A program made the position numbers and the translations under genes. The notes beneath the pieces were generated by a model. That model was not told the DNA's origin. It was given only the letters and a program-made list of their open reading frames with translations, and ran no database searches. Source: an uncultured virus (IMG/VR IMGVR_UViG_3300007169_000009) (Duplodnaviria > Heunggongvirae > Uroviricota > Caudoviricetes). From it: 64,000 nt of DNA. Where the stretch lies: the IMG/VR virus record IMGVR_UViG_3300007169_000009; one strand, given 5' to 3'. Below, piece by piece: positions 37,871-47,580 of the stretch (position 1 is the first letter of the stretch; every line of letters starts with the position of its first letter).

Positions 37871-39301
37871 ATGAGCGAAGAAGTTTCCGCAATTGCTTCT
37901 CAGATGAAGAGCTGGGAGACGACAGAGATTGAAAACTCTTTTCTGTCTTCTTGCGTATATTTTCTTGAAAATCAACAGGGCTCTCCATCTGAGCTTTGCG
38001 ATCTTGCGTCAACAATTGATCAGGAGTGGTTTGCCGAGCCACATAAAAAAGCGATATTTCATATTATCAAGAAGGTTGTTCTTGATTCGTCAAGATCACT
38101 GGTAGTAATGCCAGGCAGTATTTCCATGATGGCGGAAAAGCTTCTCTTTTCCATGGGTTACAAGGAAGAATGCGCCTACGTTGAAGATATAGTTTCGCAT
38201 CCGTCTTCATTTTTTAGCATTGAGTCTCTTGAGCTTGCGATTCCCCTGTGGAAAGTAAAGCTGGCGAGAAGCAGGCTGAAGGCCAATGCGGAGAAGATGA
38301 TTTCTGTTCTTTCGGAAAGCCCAAGCCAGAAGGTTTTTGAAGAAGATATTCCGGCGCTGATCGAAGGCCAGCAGGATATATGGCACGGCACTTCCCTGGT
38401 GGACAAAAAAGATGACAGCTGGGAGGCCTCTATCAGGGAAATGCTTTCTCCGCTCCCCAGGGACATTTCGATTAGCACTGGGCTAAGAGTTTTGGATGAT
38501 GCAATACAAGGCGGAATTTCTAAGAGGAACTCGCCGTACTCTGGCAGGCTGATTGTCGTTGCTGCAAGGCCGGCAATGGGCAAAAGCGCTATGGCGGTTT
38601 TTCTTGCAACACAGCTGGCCGGTTATTATGGCGATGTTGCGTTTTTCAGCCTAGAAATGTCAAAGGTGCAAATCCAGAATAGATCACTTGCTTGTTTTGA
38701 TTATCTTAGCTTAATGTATCAAAAGCAATTGGTCGATCCACTTCGCATCAACGACTTAAGGCTGAGAACTTACACGGCGGCGCAAAGAGCTAGGCTTGAA
38801 GGCTACATTGATTCACCGCTGGCAAAAAGATTCCATATTTTTGATGCTTCGTCTGTCAGTGTCAGCGCAATTTCAGCCAAAATTGCACTTTTGGCAAAAA
38901 CAAGAAAAAACCTGACCGCTATTTTTATTGACTATCTTCAGTTAATTGAAGGCTGCTCTGGGGATGGGCAAAATACGGAAAGCTCAAATATCGGCAATGT
39001 TACAAGGGCCTTGAAGCAACTTGCTGTGGCATTCGGGATTGACATTGTTCTGCTTTGCCAGGTCAATAGAGGAGTCGAGGCTAGGTCTGACAAAATGCCA
39101 AACCTCTCCGACCTAAGGGCGTCTGGCAGGATTGAGGAAGATGCCGATATTGTAATGTTTTTACTGAGGCCATCGTATTACGATCAGGACAAAGATCCTT
39201 ACGAGCTTGCCATTTCTGTTGCAAAGAATAGGCATGGCGGATGTGGAACTTTAGGATGCTCGATCGACTTGCAAAGCTCTGTTATTTTCGACAAATACTA
39301 A
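37871..39301 (+). CDS. dnaB: replicative helicase DnaB-like
   Basis: AARPAMGKS, FSLEM, IDYLQL, QVNR, SDLRASG.IEEDAD, KNRHG. Confidence 0.95.
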   Translation: MSEEVSAIASQMKSWETTEIENSFLSSCVYFLENQQGSPSELCDLASTIDQEWFAEPHKKAIFHIIKKVVLDSSRSLVVMPGSISMMAEKLLFSMGYKEECAYVEDIVSHPSSFFSIESLELAIPLWKVKLARSRLKANAEKMISVLSESPSQKVFEEDIPALIEGQQDIWHGTSLVDKKDDSWEASIREMLSPLPRDISISTGLRVLDDAIQGGISKRNSPYSGRLIVVAARPAMGKSAMAVFLATQLAGYYGDVAFFSLEMSKVQIQNRSLACFDYLSLMYQKQLVDPLRINDLRLRTYTAAQRARLEGYIDSPLAKRFHIFDASSVSVSAISAKIALLAKTRKNLTAIFIDYLQLIEGCSGDGQNTESSNIGNVTRALKQLAVAFGIDIVLLCQVNRGVEARSDKMPNLSDLRASGRIEEDADIVMFLLRPSYYDQDKDPYELAISVAKNRHGGCGTLGCSIDLQSSVIFDKY

Positions 39302-39302
39302 A

Positions 39303-39575
39303 ATGGAAGGATCTGCGCCGAACTGGTCTAAGATTTTTGAGAAAAGACCTGACCTTGAAAGCCCAGGTTATCGAGAAACTGTTGAAGAAATTCGGCTACA
39401 TAAGAACAACATCGAAAGAGAAAAGCTCGCTGCTCAGATGCGGCAAATCAATAAAGAAAAGCAGAGTCAGAGAAATAAAAATAGAAGCCGCTCTGCCGCC
39501 GCTAGGAATTCAGCAGTCCCAGATCCTGTAAATCCTGTTTTCGGCGTCAACAAGCGTGGGCGCAAGAATGGCTAG
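39303..39575 (+). CDS. hypothetical protein
   Basis: W..IF..RPDLESPGY.ET motif. Confidence 0.65.
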   Translation: MEGSAPNWSKIFEKRPDLESPGYRETVEEIRLHKNNIEREKLAAQMRQINKEKQSQRNKNRSRSAAARNSAVPDPVNPVFGVNKRGRKNG

Positions 39576-39671
39576 GCATCCTGGCGCATTTTCAAGAATT
39601 GTTTGGCGAATTTTTGCAATGTCGCTCAAAAGAGCGCGTGCATCCGCAGGAATTTTGTTCCGTCTTTCCAT
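39510..39671 (-). CDS. small hypothetical protein (53 aa, not in ORF track)
   Basis: MERRNKIPADARALLSDIAKIRQTIL...; GCTAGGCT motif upstream on minus strand. Confidence 0.45.
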   Translation of the reverse strand: MERRNKIPADARALLSDIAKIRQTILENAPGCLAILAPTLVDAENRIYRIWDC

Positions 39672-39736
39672 CGCGGTTGTTCGGGCCGTTAGCCTGCGCC
39701 GCCTCTGCTTGCCCAGGCTGCCTCAGCCTAGCTGCG

Positions 39737-40051
39737 CTACCACTCTGGCTCGATAACTTCACTTGCTTCCTCTGCATTCGGTGGCGCTGCCAGCTTCTCA
39801 AGCTCTTCCAGCTTGATCGCATTGAAGTCGATCGGAGGCATTGGCATTCTTCTGTAGCTTCTCTTGCTATTTGCAGTTTTTTCGATACCATTGACTTCGC
39901 AGTATCTGTCGTGCCAGTCTCTTACCATTTTAGGGCTCACGAACCCCTCAAGAAAGCTGGCAACCGTTGGAACGTCCTCGCCCTTCTCAAACAGCAGGCT
40001 CGCGGTGACGCGCAAAATCCGGTTCAGGCTGGTGGCCGCTTTGGTGCTCAT
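39737..40051 (-). CDS. hypothetical, possible HTH protein
   Basis: LFEKGEDVPTVASFL...VSPKMVRDW; divergent from sak. Confidence 0.55.
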   Translation of the reverse strand: MSTKAATSLNRILRVTASLLFEKGEDVPTVASFLEGFVSPKMVRDWHDRYCEVNGIEKTANSKRSYRRMPMPPIDFNAIKLEELEKLAAPPNAEEASEVIEPEW

Positions 40052-40126
40052 GGGGGTTGCTTGAAGCTAGTAGCCATGATATGATGGCAGCTGTAAACCG
40101 ATCTGGGGCCGCGCCCCATTTCAGCT

Positions 40127-40897
40127 ATGACACAGGAATTTCTTACAGCGGCGCAAATCGAAGAACTCAATAAGCCGTTGGCCTCGGAAGCGGTCAGAAT
40201 AAGATCCCAGAGTGGCCGCAATCTGTCCTACATTGAAGGATGGTGGGCCATTCGCGAGGCAAATCGCATCTTCGGCTTTGGCTGCTGGAGTCAGGAGCTT
40301 GTCGATGTTAAGTGCGTTTCAGAGAGAGAGCGTACAATTGGCCAGGCCAAAAAGCCGGGCTGGGGAGTTTCCTATGTCGCGACCGTCCGCATTGTTGTAA
40401 GCGGAATCAAGCGCGAAGGCGTTGGCGCTGGCCATGGCATCGACGTTGACTTGGGCCAGGCCCATGAATCCGCAATCAAGGAGGCGGCGACCGACGCGAT
40501 GAAGCGGGCGCTGATGACATTTGGGAATCAGTTTGGCCTTGCTCTTTACGATAAAGAGCAGCGCCAAGTCGAAGATGCCCCGGCCAGCGACAGGCAGGTT
40601 TCCGAGGCAGACAGGCAGGCTAAAAAGTTTGTCGAGCACTTGCTTCAGAAAATGGAGCAAGTCGGTATTGACGCCGATGGCATCAAGACTCTGAAGATCA
40701 TCCTGAATGTATCGGATTTCTCTGATGTGTCAGAGTCTATTCGTCAAAAGCTGATTGAAAGGCTGACTCCTGATTACGCAAAAATGCTGAATTCGGGCAA
40801 AAACAGCTCTGGCGTTCAGGTTCTGAGAATTACTTCGGCTGAAATTGAAGCATCAACAGAAAAGCTTCAGGAGGCGGCCAACGCTGCCTTCGGTTGA
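40127..40897 (+). CDS. sak: Rad52/Sak-like single-strand annealing protein
   Basis: LSYIEGW..I.EANRIFGF..WS, A.KEA.TDA.KRA...FG..FGL.LYDK. Confidence 0.9.
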   Translation: MTQEFLTAAQIEELNKPLASEAVRIRSQSGRNLSYIEGWWAIREANRIFGFGCWSQELVDVKCVSERERTIGQAKKPGWGVSYVATVRIVVSGIKREGVGAGHGIDVDLGQAHESAIKEAATDAMKRALMTFGNQFGLALYDKEQRQVEDAPASDRQVSEADRQAKKFVEHLLQKMEQVGIDADGIKTLKIILNVSDFSDVSESIRQKLIERLTPDYAKMLNSGKNSSGVQVLRITSAEIEASTEKLQEAANAAFG

Positions 40898-40935
40898 TTC
40901 GCGATTGATTTACCATCTGAACTATTGATTAAGTC

Positions 40936-41823
40936 ATGACAGAAGCAAAAGCAACTCAAGATCAAGGCGCTGCACTTGTGGCCGACTCGGAGACATCGGC
41001 TCTCTCCAGGTGGGAGGCCGTGGCAATTGACATTTCTAATGCCACAAAAGAGTCGGAAGAAAAAGTCTTTAATTATCGAGACAAAAAAGGAGAGAAAGCT
41101 GCTCGCTCTTGGATTGCGCAACTGCGCAAAATCAAGGCTAGCGTTGAGCGTGCTCGCAAAGAAGCGAAAAGCGTTCATCTTGAGCGTGGCAGGCGGGTTG
41201 ATGAAACGGCAAAGCTTCTCACAGCCGCTGTTCAAGGGCTCATTGAGCCGCATGAAACCGAGATCAAAGCAATTGAAGCCGAAGAGCAGGCGCGAATTGA
41301 TGCCCACAAGGCGGTGCTTGCTCGCATTGAATTGCTCACAGAGGGGATTGAAACCTCACAAGAGGCCGGCCTTCGCTTGGCGGCCCTGGAGGAGATCGAC
41401 GTTTCCGGGCTTGAGGAGTTTTCCACTGCTGGGCAAAATCGCAAAGCGGAAGCAATTGCAAAACTTCAAGAGCTTGGCGAATCTCTGCTATTGCGCGAAA
41501 ACGAACGAGCTGAGCTTGAGCTGTTGAGGGCCGCCGCCGCAAAGCGCGAGGAGGAAGAGCGTGCAAACAGCGCAAGAATTGCTGGAATCAGCGAAGGCCT
41601 TGAAATGGCTGAGCGTGCGCGAAGCTCCGCGAAAGCAGTAGAGCCAATGGCGCCACCAGTGGCAAACAAAAGGCTTGCTTTCATCAATCAGCTTTGCCTT
41701 GCGATGCAAGGCAAAAGCCCAGCAGACATTGCTTCGGCCATCGCTGATGGCGCATTGCACCAGGCGCTCACTGTTGACTGGCGGAAGGTCAACTCTGAGT
41801 CGGAAGATTCGATTCCTTGGTGA
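40936..41823 (+). CDS. coiled-coil protein in recombination module
   Basis: LRK.K..VE..RKE.K...L..GR.VD pattern. Confidence 0.7.
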   Translation: MTEAKATQDQGAALVADSETSALSRWEAVAIDISNATKESEEKVFNYRDKKGEKAARSWIAQLRKIKASVERARKEAKSVHLERGRRVDETAKLLTAAVQGLIEPHETEIKAIEAEEQARIDAHKAVLARIELLTEGIETSQEAGLRLAALEEIDVSGLEEFSTAGQNRKAEAIAKLQELGESLLLRENERAELELLRAAAAKREEEERANSARIAGISEGLEMAERARSSAKAVEPMAPPVANKRLAFINQLCLAMQGKSPADIASAIADGALHQALTVDWRKVNSESEDSIPW

Positions 41824-41828
41824 GTTAG

Positions 41829-42596
41829 ATGCCAGACGATAGAAAGTTCTACGAAAAAGACGGCCTTGAATATGCAAGGGTTTCAACAATTCTTGCGGAG
41901 ACAATGCCGTTTTTTGATCCCAAGAAGTGTGAAGGTCTCGCCAGATGGAGGGCGAAGTGCCCTGACGCAGCCGGCATTCTCGCCAGGGGGCAAAGGCGCG
42001 GAACGCTAGTTCACGCCCAAAGCGAGCACTTTCTTCTTGATGGCCAAGTGCCCCCAACTTGGCAATCGCCTTCTGTTGAAGAGCTTGTAGCTCTCAATAT
42101 CCCGGAGTACATGCGCTATCTTTATCCTCTTTTGGAAGAAGTTAGAGATCAGAACGGCCCGGATTCCTTATGGCCAGGCTTTCTTCATAGCTCGCTCTTG
42201 ATTGAGCAGCAATTATTTTGCTCTTACGGATGCGCTGGTACTCCCGATCTAAGATGCTGGTTTGAAGGAAAGTACACTGTATGGGACTACAAAAGCGCAA
42301 GATCCTATCGTGAAGAAGGAGTTGAAAAAAAGCTAAGGCCGATTAGTCGCTATTCAGAGGCAAAAATTCAACTTGCCTCTTATGCGCTCATGCACAATCT
42401 TGAGCGTGGCGACGATTATCCTCCGGTCGAGCAGCTGGCGATCTGCATTTGCTATGATTGGTGCGAGCCATTTCTTCACTTAATTCAACTTGAAGAGATA
42501 AAGAAACACGCCAACGAATTTATTGAAAGATTTGGCGTTTACAAAGACATGGAAGGCTCCCTCTTCCCAAGAAAAATCTTGCCACCCGATCAATGA
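41829..42596 (+). CDS. PD-(D/E)XK exonuclease
   Basis: VSTIL, RGT.VH, AGTPD...DYKS, QL..Y. Confidence 0.85.
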   Translation: MPDDRKFYEKDGLEYARVSTILAETMPFFDPKKCEGLARWRAKCPDAAGILARGQRRGTLVHAQSEHFLLDGQVPPTWQSPSVEELVALNIPEYMRYLYPLLEEVRDQNGPDSLWPGFLHSSLLIEQQLFCSYGCAGTPDLRCWFEGKYTVWDYKSARSYREEGVEKKLRPISRYSEAKIQLASYALMHNLERGDDYPPVEQLAICICYDWCEPFLHLIQLEEIKKHANEFIERFGVYKDMEGSLFPRKILPPDQ

Positions 42597-42988
42597 TTTC
42601 CGCTAGTTTCGATGGCTACGTTTCTGGCCAACCTACTATTGTAGATGGCAGTTATGGCAAGTTTACTCAGGTAACTCTGCGAGTTGCTACAGCAGGAAAG
42701 GAGGTCCACTACGTCACTGCGAAGTTCTATGGGAGAAAAATCGGCCCGATCATGGAATACATAAACGATAGCGACTACATAACAATGTCGGGATGCGTAA
42801 CATCTATCAGTGAAAAGATTAAGGAAAACGGTGGGGGCAAGTATTGCCAGATTTACCTAAAAGATGCCTGCTACACGCTCCCGCCAAAATCGCTTAGCGA
42901 TGCTCGCCTCAGGTCTGATCGGCCACCAAGCCAGCCTGAAAATGGGCTTGACAATTTCGGCCTTTGGGACGATGATGAATTGCCCTAG
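42593..42988 (+). CDS. divergent SSB-like OB-fold protein
   Basis: OB-like pattern and acidic DDDELP tail. Confidence 0.6.
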   Translation: MISASFDGYVSGQPTIVDGSYGKFTQVTLRVATAGKEVHYVTAKFYGRKIGPIMEYINDSDYITMSGCVTSISEKIKENGGGKYCQIYLKDACYTLPPKSLSDARLRSDRPPSQPENGLDNFGLWDDDELP

Positions 42989-43031
42989 CCCCCCCCAGGC
43001 GCTAGACCTCATTCCCTGACAGCCACAACAA

Positions 43032-43454
43032 ATGGCATCTTTCAACAATTGCACTTTTAGCGGAAATCTCGGGAGAGATCCCGAAGCCCGTTACTTTGAA
43101 GACGGCAAAATGATTGCCAATTTTAGCATTGCTGTTGAGGGCCGCCGTGGCACGGACGCAATGTGGATGCCAGTTAAGGTTTGGGGCAAGCAGGCCCAGG
43201 TCATTGTCGATTATGTCAAAAAGGGCTCGCAGATTATTGTAAGTGGCGAGCTTGAGCAAGAGTCATGGACATCAAAGGAGGGAGGGGCAAAAAGCCGCAT
43301 GGTGCTGAATTGCCGCAATTTCACCTTGATTGGTCGCAAAAACAAGGAAGGCGCTGATTCTCCTGGTGGCTCCCAAAGGTCAACTCAACGCGCACCAAAG
43401 CCACAGCCTCGCCCACAAGCTCCTGAGCCCGAGGAAGAGGAAGTTCCGTTCTGA
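43032..43454 (+). CDS. ssb: single-stranded DNA-binding protein
   Basis: GNLGRDPE.RY, WGKQA, KGSQI.V.G.L, EEEEVPF tail. Confidence 0.95.
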   Translation: MASFNNCTFSGNLGRDPEARYFEDGKMIANFSIAVEGRRGTDAMWMPVKVWGKQAQVIVDYVKKGSQIIVSGELEQESWTSKEGGAKSRMVLNCRNFTLIGRKNKEGADSPGGSQRSTQRAPKPQPRPQAPEPEEEEVPF

Positions 43455-43686
43455 TCTAGGCTCGGGGCAGAACGTAGGCTTGCATAGCGGCCGATGTTGC
43501 TCTCTCCTCAGCGCTGACAGGACTACTGCTCGGGCCGTGCGGTAGGCTGGACAAAGCAACTCCATGATCTGCTTTATCTACCAGATGCGTTAAGCAAGGA
43601 GTCTTGATTGAGGTGGCGTGGTCCCAGGGTTCTCATTGTGCCCGCTGTGGCGCCATCAAGAGCAATTGTTCGTAAGCCCCCGCGCA

Positions 43687-44403
43687 ATGACAGACAAAGA
43701 TGACCCCTACTACGGGGCACTTTTAATCGAAGAGGCAAGGCTTCATCTTGGCACCGTTATGGCCGGCCAAGATTCGGAGCCTTTTTTTGTGGCAATGCTC
43801 AAAATTGTGGAAATCAAGGCTTACCTTGGCTACACAACGATAAAAAATAAGAAAGTCCAACTCAAGGGAATCAAGGATTTTTTGCAAAGCGTTTACTACG
43901 GGCTTGGCATAAAAGACTTTGAAGGCTTTATTGCCAATGTAGTGAAGTCCTCGCTAAAAGAAAGATCAAGGAATAAGTACGCACATCAATTCATAGAATG
44001 GCTGAAAGAGCAGGATCCAGTTTTTTGTTTTCCTCCAGAGTATTTTGAATACAGAAGAGTAAATAGAATGATTTTCTACAATAAAAGAATGCAGCAAAGG
44101 GCAAAGCTGCTTTCGTATAAATGGGCTCGTTTTATTTACAATACTCAGCCAGAGCTTCTAAGCATGATTGGCTATGATAGAAAGTATAAAACGGTTGAGG
44201 CCTGCTACTACGGCGAAGGTTTTGAAGAAAAGCGGCAAATTCTTAAGCCAATTAAAACTTACCAAAATCCTACAGAATTTCAAATCGGGCAGTTGGCCGA
44301 CAGCCTGTTTCAAAGGCTGGGCAAAGCAAAGACGGCCGTGCTAGCGTCAGAACTTCTAGCAAGGTGCAATGCAAAGTCAATCAATAAGAACACTAGGGAT
44401 TGA
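43687..44403 (+). CDS. hypothetical protein
   Basis: 238-aa ORF. Confidence 0.65.
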   Translation: MTDKDDPYYGALLIEEARLHLGTVMAGQDSEPFFVAMLKIVEIKAYLGYTTIKNKKVQLKGIKDFLQSVYYGLGIKDFEGFIANVVKSSLKERSRNKYAHQFIEWLKEQDPVFCFPPEYFEYRRVNRMIFYNKRMQQRAKLLSYKWARFIYNTQPELLSMIGYDRKYKTVEACYYGEGFEEKRQILKPIKTYQNPTEFQIGQLADSLFQRLGKAKTAVLASELLARCNAKSINKNTRD

Positions 44404-44860
44404 TCCAGGGCTGTCTGGTGCCATCGCCCTGCTGGAAGGCCGAGTTCTTGTAGATGTCTTCGATATGCCAACTATAGAAACATTGTCCGGCAAGAAAAAA
44501 AAGAGAAGGATCTCGCCTGAGCTTTTAACTGTTGAGCTTGAGAAGTATATTGGAACGATTGACAGAGCCTTCATTGAAGACGTACATGCCATGCCAGGCC
44601 AGGGCGTGTCAAGCATGTTTGCGTTTGGAGAAGCTTTTGGCCTTGCTCGCGGCGTTCTGGCTGGCCTGAAAATTCCGACGCGCATGGTTTCCCCTGTTAC
44701 GTGGAAGCGTGCCATGAGGCTGCCTCAGGGCAAGGACGCATCCCGAGGGATGGCGGCTCAGCTCTGGCCGGCCAACGCAGCCAGTTTCAAGCGTCAGCGT
44801 GACGATGGCCGCGCAGAGGCGGCCTTGATCGCCTTCTGGGGATCCATGCAAGCGATCTGA
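44369..44860 (+). CDS. RuvC-like Holliday junction resolvase
   Basis: LGIDPGLSGA, IEDV..MPGQGVSS.F.FG, V.P..WK, DGRAEA.LIA. Confidence 0.88.
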   Translation: MQSQSIRTLGIDPGLSGAIALLEGRVLVDVFDMPTIETLSGKKKKRRISPELLTVELEKYIGTIDRAFIEDVHAMPGQGVSSMFAFGEAFGLARGVLAGLKIPTRMVSPVTWKRAMRLPQGKDASRGMAAQLWPANAASFKRQRDDGRAEAALIAFWGSMQAI

Positions 44861-45006
44861 TTTCGTGACTTTCAGCCGGCCTGCCCTTGATCGCCTTGCT
44901 CAACGGCGATTTTTCACCTATACTGCCTTGGTCGTCAACGAGCTTCGCCTTGCCCCGCCGGAAGAACGCTGCTGATGCAGCAGAGCAACCCTCCACCACC
45001 GATCAA

Positions 45007-45516
45007 ATGACCGAATCCGTCGCCGAGAAGAAAGTCCCCGCCAAGACCAGCAAGAAGGGCACGCCTGTCAGTGCTGCCGAGCTTCAGGCAACCGTCTCTC
45101 GTATGCAGGGCGCGACCGCTGACAAGCTCGCTCAGGCTTGCGGTTACTACACCGAAACCACCACTACCGCTACCGGCGAAGTTGAAGTCCGCGTAACGGC
45201 GCAGGATCAGCAGAACTTCATGATCGCCCTGGTCGCTTCGCAGGGCCTCGCTATCGCGCCCCCGGCTCGCAGCAGCCGGCGCACCAGCCGCCAGCCAATC
45301 ATCAAAATTGGCAAGACCGGCAACATTGTCGTTGGTGGCCGCTATACCACCATTGCCGGCTTTGAGTTCGGCGAAGACATGGATTCCCGTGTTCGCGTTG
45401 AAGCGGTTGCCGGCAAAATCACCATCACCGCCGCCTCCCCTGACGAGTACGCATCCAGCGAAGACGATTCGGACCTGGACGGCATCGAAGAGGAAGAAAG
45501 CGAACTGGACGACTGA
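45007..45516 (+). CDS. cyanobacterial AbrB-like (cyAbrB) regulator
   Basis: LA.ACGYY...NF..AL...QG...R...I.KTGNIVVG..YT...G matches the cyAbrB pattern CGYY...F..AL..A.G...GNLLIG.AYT. Confidence 0.75.
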   Translation: MTESVAEKKVPAKTSKKGTPVSAAELQATVSRMQGATADKLAQACGYYTETTTTATGEVEVRVTAQDQQNFMIALVASQGLAIAPPARSSRRTSRQPIIKIGKTGNIVVGGRYTTIAGFEFGEDMDSRVRVEAVAGKITITAASPDEYASSEDDSDLDGIEEEESELDD

Positions 45517-45538
45517 TATTCGCATCAGTCGAGTTATC

Positions 45539-45563
45539 GCCCCAGCGATCCTGGGGCTTTTTT
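45539..45563 (+). terminator. intrinsic terminator
   Basis: GCCCCAG-CGATC-CTGGGGC-TTTTTT. Confidence 0.85.
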
Positions 45564-45577
45564 ATTGCCAAAAATCA

Positions 45578-46012
45578 ATGAACCACCAGCAACAAGCGAT
45601 TCAATTCCGCGAAATCTACGGTCAGCCGATTCTGTCCAGATGTTTTGATCGCACCATCAAGGGCCTCAAGCAAGACTTAGACTACAAAACACTCGATATG
45701 CAGCTTGGGTGCATAACAGAGGAAAGCCGTGAGCTTGTAGAGGCTGTTGCAGAGTGGCGATCAAGCTACAAAGGCGAAGAAAGTGCTGCTCTTGCTGCGA
45801 AGGCCCACATGCTTAAAGAGCTGGCCGACCTTGCCTATGTCTGCTTTCAGCTTGCAGCTTTTTTGGGAATTGACCTTGACGAAGCTCTTGATCGAGTACA
45901 TCAGTCGAACATGAGCAAGCTTGATGAAGACGGTGCGCCTATTTTCAATGAGGAAGGAAAGGTGATGAAGGGGCCTAACTATAAGGAGCCTGACCTGCTC
46001 GATCTCGTTTAG
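45578..46012 (+). CDS. MazG-like/NTP pyrophosphohydrolase
   Basis: EE..EL, KELADL.YV, RVH.SNMSKL..DG...GKV.KGPNY..P.L. Confidence 0.88.
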   Translation: MNHQQQAIQFREIYGQPILSRCFDRTIKGLKQDLDYKTLDMQLGCITEESRELVEAVAEWRSSYKGEESAALAAKAHMLKELADLAYVCFQLAAFLGIDLDEALDRVHQSNMSKLDEDGAPIFNEEGKVMKGPNYKEPDLLDLV

Positions 46013-46100
46013 CTGCTATAAGAAACCCTTATATGCAAGTCGGTTGACGTGCAAGCTCAGCCGACTTATTGTTTTGATTGTGACTGCTTGCTTTTTGGCC

Positions 46101-46319
46101 ATGGCTATTCCACATTCAGATGCTCGCGCCCGCTTCATTGCAGCTGGCGCAGAGCGTGCAGAGCGGGCGAGTCGCAGCGCTACCCGTGACGCAATTTCTC
46201 GTGGCAAAACGCCTGAAGTGCGCCATAGCCTTGCCGCAGGCATTGAGAGGGTGCTTGATGACGGCTTTACAATTGACGAAATTCGCGCTATTGTAGAGCG
46301 GCTTAAGCAGCCTCAATGA
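46101..46319 (+). CDS. hypothetical protein
   Basis: ORF coupled to next gene. Confidence 0.55.
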   Translation: MAIPHSDARARFIAAGAERAERASRSATRDAISRGKTPEVRHSLAAGIERVLDDGFTIDEIRAIVERLKQPQ

Positions 46320-46552
46320 AAAAGGCCGAAGACTATGGGCAGCTTGATGAAGCAATTTGCCGGTGGATTGCAGCAAATTCAATCGGCCATCCAGCCAATA
46401 GCAGCGATCTTAACCAAATCGCCGCCGCTTTTACCGCTGGTGGCGAGCCTTGGCGCTTGATTGACCGCCGGATGCAGGCAATGCGTCGTTCCGGTCGCAT
46501 TGAATACATTGGCCGCCGCAAGGACAGGCATGGATGGATTGCAGTCTTTTAG
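46316..46552 (+). CDS. hypothetical (winged-helix-like) protein
   Basis: R.IDRR.QA.R..G.I.Y...W. Confidence 0.6.
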   Translation: MKKAEDYGQLDEAICRWIAANSIGHPANSSDLNQIAAAFTAGGEPWRLIDRRMQAMRRSGRIEYIGRRKDRHGWIAVF

Positions 46553-46569
46553 CTATTTAACAACTGACA

Positions 46570-46965
46570 ATGACTAATCAACAACACCCCATCACCCCGC
46601 CAGAGGATGTAATCGAAGTGTTGCGCAGCCAAGCTCCGCAATGCGACGTTGATGCTGGCGTGAACAAGGAGCGCGAGACGCAGCTTGTCATTGCCGCCTA
46701 TCGCGCTGGCGCTGATTATGAGCTTGAGGAGATCCTTTTGTATCCGGGCGAGGAGCCCGAAGACCGCCGGTATTTTGACAATGTTCCCGCCGCGAATATC
46801 AGAGCCTGGCGCCGCCCCAAGCCGCCGAGCTTGGCGGAGGAGGCACAGCGCATTCTGGTGGAGAACGGCGCCACATTGGACGGTCGCGTTGAGCTAGACC
46901 CCGAGGATGTCAGCATCATCGGCGCCGCCCTTGAGCGCCTGCAGGAGCTGGAGAGCAATGGCTGA
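46570..46965 (+). CDS. cassette family A, copy 1
   Basis: HPITPP...GAD.ELE...RRPKPPSLAE.A...I.AALERL.ELE. Confidence 0.7.
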   Translation: MTNQQHPITPPEDVIEVLRSQAPQCDVDAGVNKERETQLVIAAYRAGADYELEEILLYPGEEPEDRRYFDNVPAANIRAWRRPKPPSLAEEAQRILVENGATLDGRVELDPEDVSIIGAALERLQELESNG

Positions 46966-47191
46966 ATTGAGCCCCGCTGCGCAGGCGGTGCTGTGTGCTG
47001 CAGCTCGCCGTTACGCAATTGATGGTGATCTTCAAGACAGCATCGCCGCCGCCCTGTGTGCTGCTGCGGATCAGCTTGCGCAAGTTCCAATCGTCATTGG
47101 CGAGCCTTTGAAGGGAAACATCGCCAAGGACGCGGCAGTGGTTCACGTTGCCGACCTCTTTGCCATCGCCACCGAACTGAAGAACCAATGA
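46958..47191 (+). CDS. cassette family B, copy 1
   Basis: ELSPAAQAVL...AAAL.AAADQ...AIATEL. Confidence 0.7.
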   Translation: MAELSPAAQAVLCAAARRYAIDGDLQDSIAAALCAAADQLAQVPIVIGEPLKGNIAKDAAVVHVADLFAIATELKNQ

Positions 47192-47580
47192 CTGAACAAC
47201 ACCCGATCACCCCACCGCCAGAGGAGCTGGTGCAGGAGTGGAGCGACGAATGGTATCGGCTCAAGGTCAAGATCAACACTGGAATCCCAGAGTACGTCGC
47301 CACCCAAGCCGCCCGCTGGGGCGCTGATCAAGAGCTGGAGGCGTGCTGTGAGTGGTTGCGCGAGGCTCGGAATCACGGGTTTGGCTATGACATGGGAAGG
47401 ATTCTTGCTGACAATCTCCGCGCCGCTCGCCGCCCTAAACCGCCGAGCTTGGCGGAGCAGGCACTGGCTGAGTTGGATCAAATCCCGACTCACGACAACG
47501 AAGGTCGAACGGTAGGTGGTGATGCCTCCATCATCCGCGCCGCCCTGGAGCGCCTGCGGGAGCTGGAGAACAATGACTGA
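47188..47580 (+). CDS. cassette family A, copy 2
   Basis: HPITPP...WGADQELEACCEWL...RRPKPPSLAEQA. Confidence 0.7.
   Translation: MTEQHPITPPPEELVQEWSDEWYRLKVKINTGIPEYVATQAARWGADQELEACCEWLREARNHGFGYDMGRILADNLRAARRPKPPSLAEQALAELDQIPTHDNEGRTVGGDASIIRAALERLRELENND

Noticed and set aside
43455..43686. GC-rich intergenic stretch as possible tRNA or ncRNA
   Set aside because: No cloverleaf or T-loop consensus found; only a GGTAGGCT promoter-like motif
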